A stretch of DNA of 64,000 bases from the human T2T-CHM13v2.0 reference genome, Homo sapiens. The translations under genes were made by a program, and so were the position numbers. The notes beneath the pieces are model-generated. The model was not told the DNA's origin and did no database searches. It saw only the letters and a list, made by a program, of their open reading frames with translations. Below, piece after piece: positions 53,368 to 64,000 of this stretch; positions within the stretch are counted from its first letter, which is position 1, and each line of letters opens with the position of its first letter. Location: NCBI RefSeq assembly GCF_009914755.1, contig NC_060932.1. One strand, given 5' to 3'.

Positions 53368-55060
53368 GCCTGCCCTGGGTTCTGACCGCAGCCCTGTCAC
53401 TGGTTGCTCAGTCCCCTCATCTGTCAGATGCCAGCTGTGTGACCTCCAGGAGTTGTTTTTCCTCCTGTTAATTTCTGCAAACATATCTTTTAAAAACAAA
53501 CGGAGGACTGGCCTCAAAAAAGGCCCCACTGCAGCACTGGGTCTTGTGTTTCCTTTGATATGCTCCAGACAGCATGTTTTGGGTAGTGTTTTCTTTTTCC
53601 CTGAGTTTTAACCTGGGGGTGCAGCAATAAAGCATTCACTTCAAGAGTCCTGAAGTCAGTGGGGGGAGGCAGGGGAAGGGCCTAGAGCAGTCCAGGAGCC
53701 CCTAAGAAACCCACTCACCAAGTGAAACGAGAACGGAGCCCCCTACCCTGCAGGGTGGATCCAGTTTGCAGAATGTTCAAAGAGGCAGACTCTGGGCTCT
53801 GCCACAAACCGTGATTCGCAGACAGTGCAAACCGTAAAACCACTCATGTTCAATATCTGCAGTTTTGGGAATAAGAAGTCAGCACTCCAGCCGTTTGGTG
53901 AACTGGCAATTCTTGTAAGAATCACCAGGTTACAATTTGGGTCAACAGACTTTGCCATTTATTTCACAATAGTCAATCTGAAGATCTTGATGCCAGTTAA
54001 GTTTGAACACACCAGAAACTGGCATTCAAAACAGTCATCGAGACAAATGAACTTGTGCTCTCTGCTCATTCACATTTCGGAACCCAGACTTATAAATTCA
54101 TTCTAAGCCCATGAGAGGCATTATTAATCATTTCTCATTCTGAAAAACTTCTACCTATGTCCTTTTTAAGATACATATTTGGAAAGATTTGGGGAACAGG
54201 GAAAGGGAACTTTTACTTCCCACACCGTTTTTAACAAAGTATTTTGATGAAATAAAAATATTTCATACATGATGACTTCATATTCAATTTACAAAAACAA
54301 TACACATAACCTTCAGATAATTTTGTATGCCTGATAAAAACAAACATTAATTACCACATTTGGAATTACTTATGTAATCTAAAACCAAAAATTCTCAACA
54401 CTGCCTACCTGCAAACGGACCCACAGACCTAAAACAGCTATAGCCACCCTTGGTACAAATATTCTTTTGTTCAGCAGGTTTGTTAAGAACTGAAAAGGAT
54501 TAATTCCGTAAGTGCATTAACTGTACAAGTCCACAAATACCTCTTCCACCAAGTGCTAAAGCAGTTTTAATAACAGGTTCAATATGAGTCTTGTGAAACA
54601 GGGGTGGGAAGGATCCTGTAAAAGGATAAATATTGTTTTCCATAATATTGAAGATGTGTAAAATTTCTCTTCTGTTTTTATAAAACTAGAACAAGCAATC
54701 CCAATGAAGAAACATAATCCATGACTACTGCGAACCGAAATCCAGACTGCAGGTGCAGGAAGGTTGCTAGAAATACCTCAGACGGGAACTTAACCCATGG
54801 CCAGGAGCCAATGTCAGCCTCCATCAACTTCCAGCCATTTCCCATGAAGGCCATGAAGATCTCCAGCCACAGCAGCAGGAACGCATGGCCAACAGAAACC
54901 AATGCCATCTGTCAGTGCTTCACTGAGGCTTTAGATTGAGAACTGTAAGAAAAATGATTACTCTCACAGCCCAGGCTTGTGTATACCAGAAGAGAAATCG
55001 TGAGCTGCTGTGTAAACACCCTCCGATGAACATGAAAAACTCTCAAACTGCAGGGTCCAG

Positions 55061-55148
55061 AGGCAGCCACACAAACCCTCAAATCACACGCAAAGTCAGC
55101 ACGTAGGCAGACACACAAACCCTCAAATCACACCCAAAGTCGGCACGT
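55061..55148. repeat. 44-bp tandem duplication (3 mismatches)
   Basis: aggcag(c/a)cacacaaaccctcaaatcacac(g/c)caaagtc(a/g)gcacgt, two copies. Confidence 0.9.
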
Positions 55149-56158
55149 AGATATCAACTTGCTAGCTTCACCCAGTGCCAGCCAGGACAGGGTCCCTAAG
55201 CAGCAGGGTAGTGGGAGCTATCTGGAAATGTGGGCATGGACATCACTGTGGCCTAATGGCTGGGGGTCTGGGTGTCCTCTTTCTCCTCACCCATTCAGCC
55301 ATGGCCGCTTTCCACTGCCACAAAGACAGAGGGGCAGAGCCACATGAACACTATTTTTTCAAGAAACGAATACTCCAGATTTCCCTGTTTTTGCTGTAAG
55401 AAAATTGAAATTATTTAAACAACAAAAAACACACATAGGATCTCTGGAAATGCTCCCAAGGGCACATAGTAAGTGAAGAAATATCTATTCATGAAAATTC
55501 TTAAACATTTGGTACAAAAGATGAGCAAACAAGACCATTTACCCTCCCAGCTCGGCAGCGGGGGGAGGGGAGGAGAATCCACTCAGATCAGCCACAGCCA
55601 ACAGCACAGGCTCCCTCTCACTCCAGCTCCAAGTGGAACGACTTTCATCCCAGGAGGAACTGGACTTCAGCTTCTCACATGCCGTCCCCAGCTGCCTGTG
55701 GCTGACACTAAGCCGCAGCTGAATGCTACACAGAGGTGAGGACTCCCTTGTTCCAGCCCCACTCCCGGGAAGGAGGCGCTGCTGTGCATGTGCTGCACTG
55801 CAAACAGTGGAGCCCTGATCACCCTTCCTGGGCTCGAGAGGTGACGGTTCCACCCCAGGAGAAGCAAGCTGATACGACTCCCCACTACGGCAAATGCTCA
55901 GTTCCCAGAGCAGGACTGTCACTCGGAGAGCAGCTTGCCTTTGTCCCCATCCCCAGCTCCAGAGTCTTGGCTGAGAGATGTCCCTGGTGGAGAAGCAGGA
56001 CATAAAGCAGACAGCTATGGACCAGCACTAACCTTCAGAGCTGTGGAAGACAAAATCTCTTTCCAAAGGAGCCCACTTCATTTGCACAGAGTGTAGAGAA
56101 GCTTAAACATAAGGGAGCTCTTAGGAACACTGGAGTCTGTGGTGAAGTGCAATGGGGA

Positions 56159-56532
56159 GGTATTAGTCCATTCTCACACTGCTATAAAGAATAATACCTG
56201 GGACTGGGTAATTATAAAGGAAAGAGGTTTAATTGACTCACAGTTCTGCAAGCTTAACAGGAAGCATGGCTGGGAAGCTTTGGGAAACTTACAATCATGG
56301 CGGAAGGCAAAGGGGAGGCAGGCACCTTCTTCACAAGGCAGCAGGAGGGAGTATGAGCATGCACAGGAAGAACTGCCACTTTAAAACCATCAGATCTCAT
56401 GAGACTCACTCACTATCATGAGAACAGTGTAGGGGAGACTGCCCCCATAATCCAATCACTTCCTTCCCTCAACACATGGGGATTGCAATTCTAGATGAGA
56501 TTTGCATGGGGACACAGAGCCAAGCCATATCA
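56159..56532 (-). mobile_element. THE1D/MST-like MaLR solo LTR, sense to TDRP
   Basis: tattagtccattctcacactgctataaag...gggacacagagccaagccatatca. Confidence 0.9.
56448..56458 (+). promoter_or_regulatory. DUX4 consensus motif within the LTR
   Basis: TAATCCAATCA is an exact match to TAAYYYAATCA. Motif evidence only. Confidence 0.6.
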
Positions 56533-57049
56533 GAAGGAGATTTGAGACAAGCCTAAGATTTGAGACCTGAGGCTGCTGGCTTTCAGGGAAGAACTAGGGA
56601 ATAAGACAGCTGGAAGGATCCTTCTTGGGGTCAGAGTAAATATCAAGCAGGGACCTCAAACTGTTCCTTCACAGAAGCCACAATTTGACTGGATTCATTT
56701 GTAGAGCAATGTATGCCCCAGGACATTTTTTAAACCATACAGCAATCAGCAGCAATTACTGGAATTTAGCAGCTGCATGCGGTCACGGACAGAGGAAGAA
56801 AGCCTGCCACACCTCCATCATCCCAGGTAAGAGGGGCCACACCCAACAGTGCCGTGCCCCACCAGAAGCCACATCAGGAGCTAAATTACACCACTGGGGG
56901 CAGGGTGGAGAATTGACTTCTCTAAAATAATCCAGCCAATCACTAAGCAAATAAAGAGGCAAATAACAACAGCAACAATGGGAAAGGGGGAACAGTCAGC
57001 ACCCAGAGTGGCTACAACGTATCATCCAAAATGTCCACTTTCTAACCAG

Positions 57050-57176
57050 TGGGCACTAGGCTTAATACCTGGGTGACAAAATAATCTGTACAACAAACTC
57101 CCATGACACAAGTTTACCTATATAACAAACTTTCACCTGTACTATTTAACTTAAAGTTAAAAAATAAAAATAAAAT
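57050..57176 (+). mobile_element. Short L1PA-like 3' end inserted in the older L1
   Basis: gggcactaggcttaatacctgggtgacaaaataatctgtacaacaaactcccatgacacaagtttacctat followed by an A tail. Confidence 0.75.
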
Positions 57177-57561
57177 ATATAAAGTGTCCTGTTTCAACAG
57201 AAAGTTTTGAGGCAGCCAAAGAAAAAGGAAGACCCATACATCAGAAAACAACAGCAGGCAACACAAACTGCCAGATCTGTGGATTTAACAGAAGAAGACT
57301 TCAAAGAACCATTATAAATATGTTAACAAAGCTAAAGGAAAGTATGATAAAGATGTAAAGGAAGGTACGACGGCAATGTTGCATCAAAGACAGAATGCCA
57401 GTAAAGAGACAGAAATTATCAAAAAGAACCAACTGGAATTTCTAGAAATGAAAAGTATAATACATGAAATAAAATATTCACTAGAGGGGTTTTACAGTAC
57501 ATTTTAATTTAGAGAAGAAAAAATTAAGTGAACTTGAAGACAGACTGCTACAGATAATATG

Positions 57562-59104
57562 TGTATTAGTTCATTTTCACATTGCTATAAAGAACTGCCC
57601 AAGACTGGGTAATTTATAAAGAAAAGCAGTTTAATTGACTCAGTTCCACATGGCTGGGAAGGCCTCAGGAAACTTACAAAAATGGTGGAAGGCAAAAGGC
57701 AAAGGCATATCTAATATGGCAGCATTCAAGACAGAGAGCAAATGAGTGAAGGGGGAAGACTCCCTTATAAAACCATCAGATCTCATGAGAACTCACTCAC
57801 TATCACAAGAATAGCATGCGGGAAACCACCCCCAGGATCCAATCACCTCTCACCAGGTCCTGCCCTTGATACATTGCGATTATGGGAATTACAATTCAAG
57901 ATGAGATTTGGGTGGGGACACACAGCCAAACCGTATCATTCCACCCCTGGCCCCTCCCAAATCTCATTTTTTTCACTTTTCAAGACACAATTATGCCTTC
58001 TCAACAGTTCCCCAAAGTCTTAATTCATTTCAGCATTAACTCAAAAGTCCAAATCCAAAGTCTAATCTGAGACAAGGCAAGTCCCTTTTGCCTATAAGCC
58101 TGTAAAATCAAAAGCAAGCTAGTTACTTCCTAGATACAATGGAGATACAGACATTGGGTAAATGTTCCTGCTTCAAATGGCAGAAGCTGGCCAAAACAAA
58201 GGGGCTACAGGCCCCATGCAGGTCCAAAATCCAGTGAGGCACTCATCACATCTTAAAGCTCCAAAATAATCTCCTTTGACTCCATGTCTCACACAACCAG
58301 CTCGTGCTGATGCAAGAGATGGGCTCCTACCACCTTGGGCAGCTCCACCCCTGTGGCTTTGCAGGGTATGGCCCCCTGGCGCCAGCTGCTTTCATGGCTG
58401 GTATTGAGTGTCTGCAGCTTTTCCAGGCATATGGTGCAAACTGTCGGTGGATCTACCATTCTGGGATCTGAGGATGGTGGCCCTTTTTTCACAGTTACAC
58501 TAGACAGTGCCCCAGAGGGGACTCTCTGTGGGGGCTCCAACCCCACATTTCCCTTCCATACTGGCCCAGCAGAGGTTCTCCATGAGTGCTCTGCCCCTGC
58601 AGCAAACTTCTTTCTGGACATCCAGGTGTTTCCATACATCTCTGAAATCTAGCCAGAGGTTCTCAAACCTCAATTCTTGACTTCGGTGCAGTCGTAGGAC
58701 CAACACCAAGTGGAAGCAGCCAAGGATTGGGCCTTGCACACTCTGAAACAATGGCCTGAGCTGTACCTTGGTACCTTTTCCCCATGGCTGGAGCGGCTGG
58801 GAGACAGGGCACCAAGAACCAGGCTACACATAGCAAGGGAGCCCTGGATCTGGCTCATCTGACCCATTTTTTCCTCCGGGCCTCCAGGCCTGTGATGGGA
58901 GGGGCTGCCCCAAAGGTCTCTGACATGCCCTGGAGACAATTTCCCTATTGTCTTGGTGATTAACATTTGGCTCCTTGCTACTTAACGCAAATTTCTGCAG
59001 CTGGCTTGAATTTCTCCCCCAAAAATAGCTTTTTCTTTTCTATTACTTTGTCAGGCTGCAAAGTTTCCAAACTTTGACGCCTGTTTCCCTTTTAACATAA
59101 GTTC
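57562..59104 (-). mobile_element. THE1-type MaLR: 3'LTR (57562-57938) plus truncated internal region
   Basis: The LTR is followed by internal sequence that is the reverse-complement homologue of the 46317-47952 region; no second LTR is present. Confidence 0.9.
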
Positions 59105-59188
59105 TGTGAAAGGAAAATAAATGTTGGGACTCCAAAATCACTAAGCTAAATGGAAAAGTCAAGCTGGGAACTGCTTGGGGCAAACCTG
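59105..59188 (-). mobile_element. MER4A-like ERV1 LTR terminal fragment
   Basis: tgtgaaaggaaaataaatgttgggactccaaaatcactaagctaaatggaaaagtcaagctgggaactgcttggggcaaacctg. Confidence 0.65.
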
Positions 59189-59252
59189 AGAAGTGGAGGT
59201 TGCAGTGAGCCAAGATTGTGTCACTGCACTCCAGCCTGGGTGACAGAGCAAC
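59183..59252 (+). mobile_element. Alu right-arm fragment
   Basis: aacctgagaagtggaggttgcagtgagccaagattgtgtcactgcactccagcctgggtgacagagcaa; no tail and no left arm. Confidence 0.85.
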
Positions 59253-59274
59253 CGAATTTAGACACATGCGATGT

Positions 59275-59692
59275 GACCTCCAGGAGGAAGCACAGAGCTG
59301 TGCCCACTCCCCAGGGAATCAGGGTGTGTCATTCACCCAGCCCGCCAGTGTGTTCACCAACCAGGAAGCTCCACTAAGCTTCAGCATCCAGAGTTGTGAC
59401 TGGGGTTTAAATAGGTACGCATAATTGGTTAAATAATTGGCCACATGACTGCACTCAGTCTCCAGTTCCTCTCTTATCCCCAGAAGTCTGGCAGCTGGAA
59501 AATCCCAACCCTCTAATTGCATGTTTGTCTTTCTGGTAACCACCCCCCATCCCGAGGCTATCTAGGGGCCCACTTCAAGTCACTTCATTAGCATAAGAGG
59601 ACACTCTTCTCACTCAGGAAATCCCAAGAGTTTTTGAACCTCTGTGCCAGGAACCACAGACAAAAGACCAGATGTAATCTTTATTATACCAA
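59275..59692 (-). mobile_element. MER21-like LTR fragment
   Basis: gtgttcaccaaccaggaagctccactaagcttcagcatccagagtt...ctctgtgccaggaacc...gacaaaagacca. Confidence 0.65.
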
Positions 59693-61386
59693 CCAAAGAC
59701 AGGGAGATAATCTTGAAAGCTACAAGAGAAAAATGACCAATAGCTTATAAAGGAAGCCCCAATAAGATTAACAGCTGACTCTCAGTAAAAACAATGAATG
59801 CCGGAAGGCAGTGGAATAACACAATCAGAGCACTCAATGAAGAAAAAAAAATTCTCAACCAAAAATCCTATATCCAGCAAAGACCATCTTTCAAAAATGA
59901 AGGTAAAATACAGACTTTCCTAGATGAATAAATCTGAACTTCTTGTTAGCAAACCCACCTTATGAGAAACACTAAAGGAACTTCTTCAGCTGAAAACGAG
60001 GAACTCCATACAGCAACTCATATCCACATGAGAAAACAAAGTGCACCGGTAATGGTAATTATGTAATTATAAAATACAGTACAGATACATTCTTATTTCT
60101 TCCCAGAACTAGTCTGAAAAGCAATTGCATAGAATAGGCATATACTACATAGAAATGTAATGTGTATGTAATATATTTGCCAATAACACCACAAAAGATG
60201 AGGGTAGAAGCAAAGCTACATCAGGCTAAGAAATCGGCTACAGATGGTAAGATAATAAATGAAAATGTTGAATTTAAAAATATACACAATGCAAAAGAAA
60301 GCAGCAAAGGAACAAAATGAAGGCATGAGACATATGGAAAACAAAAAGGGAAATGGCAGATGTAAACCCAACCCTACTAATTCAATATTAAATGTAAATG
60401 GATTAAAACTCCAAGCAAAGGCAAATACTGTCACACTGGATTTTTAAAATACAATCCAACTAAATACTGCCTATAGGAGACACACTTTAGAATCAAAGAT
60501 AAAAACTGACTGAAAGTGAAAGGAAGGAAACAGAGATATGCAAACAGCAAACACAACAAAGCTAAAGTGACTATGTAAACAAAAGAGAGTTTAAAAAATT
60601 TTTTTTAATGTTGCTAAAGAGAATTTCATCAAAATAAATGCAACAGCCCATCAGGAAGATATAACAATTAAAGACTTACATGTACATAGTAACAAGGCAA
60701 CAAAATACAAGAAACAAAAATGGACAGACATAAAGGGAGAACTAGAAAAATCCAATATTCACAGAGATTTCACCATGCCACTTTCAATAATGGATAGAAG
60801 ATTAACAACAGAAGATGTGGAAAAACACTACAAACTAATAAGACCTAACAGATAGTTACAGAACTCTCCAACAATAGAATGTACATTCTTCTCAAGTGCA
60901 AACAGATCAGTCTTCAGGACAGATCATATGCTAGGTGATAAAACAAACCTGGATATATTTAACAGGATAAAACTATTCAAAGTCCTTTCTTTGACCATAA
61001 TGGAATGAAATTAGAAATGAGGCAGGAAAAACTCTCAAATATGTGGAAATTTTAAAACTCACTCTTAAATTACCAATGGGTCTAAGAAGGAAATCAGAAA
61101 ATACTTGTAAACAAAGTGAAGACACAACATACCAAAAAACATGGGATTCAGTTAAAGGAAAGCTTAGGAGGAAATTTATAGCTGTAAATGTCTATAAAGA
61201 AAAAAAGATATCAAATCAATAACTTAAACTTCTATCTTAAGGCAGTGGAAAAAGAGCAAACTAAACCTAAAGGAAGCAAAAGGTAGGAAATCACAAAGAT
61301 TAAAGCACAAATTAATCAATAGAGAATAACAGAAGAGAAATAAACAAAACCAAAATTTGGTTCTTTAAAAAAAAAAACAAAATTGG

Positions 61387-61692
<306 letters not shown>

Positions 61693-61934
61693 TCAGCAAA
61701 ATTGATAAATCTTGAAACTGACCAAGAAAAAAGAAGACTTAAATTACTGGAATCAGAAATGAAAGAGGAGACATTTCTATTGACCTTATATAAATCAAGA
61801 ATATAAAGAAACATTGTCCATCAAAAAAAAAAAGGCAACTTAGAAGAAATGGACAGATTCCCACAAAGACACAAACTACCAAAACTGACTCAAGAAGAAA
61901 CACAAAATCTGAATACATATATAACAAGTGAAGA

Positions 61935-62224
<290 letters not shown>

Positions 62225-64000
62225 ACAAGGTGGAGAAATTGAATTAGTAATCAAAAGGCTACCCAAAAAGAAAAGCTCAGGCCCAGATATGTTTGCTACT
62301 AAATCCTACCAACTATTTAAAGAATTAATACCAATTCTTCACACTATTTCAAAAAAAAAAAAAATAGAAGAGCAAGGAACATTTTCTAACTCATTTTGTG
62401 AGGGCACTATTATACTGATACCAAAACTAGACAAAGACACCACGAGAAAAGGAAATTATAGACTAGTATCTCTTATGAATATGGACCAAAAAAACTTCCT
62501 CACCAAAATGCCACCAAACTGAATCCAAAAACATTAAAAAATGAAAAGAATTATGTACCATAATCAAGTGGGATTTATCTCAGGAAAGAAAGGTTGGCTC
62601 AACATCTGAAAATCCATTAATATAGCAAATGAATAAAAAAAATTATATAAGCATCTCAATATATGCAGAAAAAACATTTGGCAAAATCCAATACTCTTTC
62701 ATGATAAAAACATTCAACAAAGTAGAAAAAGAAGGGAATTTCCTCAACCTAGTAATGGGTGTCTATGAAAATATCTCAGCTAACACAACATACTAAATGG
62801 TTAAAGACTGAAAGCTTGCCTCCCAAGAGCAGGAACAAGACAAGGAAGCCTATTCTTGCCTCTTCTATTCAACACCGTGCAGATTTCAGCCACAGCAATT
62901 AGACAAGAAAAGTAAAATGCATACAGAAAGGAAACAAAATGAAACTATCTCTATTTGCTGATAACATGATCTTTTGCATACAAAATATGAAGAAGTCCAC
63001 TAAAAACCTATGTTAGAACTAATAAAAGAGTTCAACACAGTTACAGGACACATCATGAATACACGAAAATCAATTGCGTTCTTACACACCAGCAAGGAAC
63101 AATCCAAAAGTGAAATTAAGAAAGCAATTCCAGTTACAATTACATCAAAATAATAAAATACTTAGGAATATGCTTAAAATGTTTAAATGATCTGAATAAC
63201 TGGAAAACTACTCCACTGTCATGAATCAGAAGACATAACATTATTAACATGGCAATACTCCCCAAACTGATCTACACATTCAATGAAACCCCTATCACAA
63301 TACCAGCTGATTCTTTGTAAAAATTGATGAGCTGACTCTAAGATGCATACAAAATAACAGGGGATTCAAGCCAAAATAATCTTGAAAAAGAAGATCAAAG
63401 TAAGAGAACTCACACTTGCCATTTCAAACTTACCACAAAGCAACAGTAATAAAACAGTGTGGTACTAGCACATCAATGGAATCAGTGGCATTAATCAATG
63501 ACAGATGAATGGAAAAGAACTAAGCGTCCAGAAATAAACCCATACATATAAGGTCAATTGATTTTCAAGAAGAGTGCCAAGACAATTCAATGGGGAAAAA
63601 ATAATCTTTTCAACAAATGGCTGTGTGACAACTGGAAAGCCACATGTAAGAAAATGAAGTTGGATCTTCACACCTGCCTCCCACCAAGGGAACTGCCACC
63701 CACACAACCACAAAACTGGGGACAGGATGCTGAACGCAGACTCTAGATCCACATTTGCCTCAATGCAGGGACCAGGACACCACTGCCAAGTCTGTTGACC
63801 TCAGAAACACACGACCTTAGCTCTGTGTATGGAAACACGAGGAACCATGTGGCCACAAAACCACCCTGTGACTGCCGGATCCACATAAGCCAAGGAGCTT
63901 GAAGCCCTCTCTCCACTACCAGTCACCTCAGTGCCTCAGTGGGGATGCAGCCTTTCCCTGGGAGACTGGGAAATGTCTATTTTTGCATTCCAGCTCTATA

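Noticed and set aside
53700-55000. Repeat-poor unique intronic stretch as a possible hidden exon or ncRNA
   Set aside because: No convincing splice-site pair, recognisable ORF or RNA motif by eye; conservation data would be needed.

Overview
Human (primate) genomic DNA. It holds the 3' ends of two convergent genes that I recognise from their translated exons; to my knowledge they are neighbours at chr8p23.3. FBXO25 (+ strand) contributes its last five coding exons (511-695, 7622-7804, 12255-12398, a 27-nt microexon at 16970-16996, and 17965-18054) plus 3'UTR. TDRP/C8orf42 (- strand) contributes coding exon 43741-43844, terminal exon 41643-41988, and an alternative C-terminus at 40816-40914 made by an intron inside the last exon; its first exon lies beyond the right edge. 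The rest is intronic or intergenic and rich in repeats: Alus, old L1s, THE1/MST MaLR elements (one full-length with TSDs), MER21, MER4, Tigger4, MER58, a 53-bp VNTR of about 30 copies and several small tandem duplications. There are no prokaryotic features, CRISPR arrays, tRNAs or rRNAs, and I see no wholly new gene system. The best leads are regulatory: (i) a TDRP-sense MaLR solo LTR carrying a perfect DUX4 motif and GCC-ATG-ATT|GTAAGT in frame with the next TDRP exon; (ii) a MaLR acceptor plus poly(A) cassette in the same intron; (iii) inverted Alus around exons, including a stop-free 327-nt FBXO25 circRNA candidate; (iv) a 100%-identical 149-bp duplication inside an ancient L1. Repeat subfamily names are from memory of consensus sequences and need RepeatMasker/Dfam confirmation.
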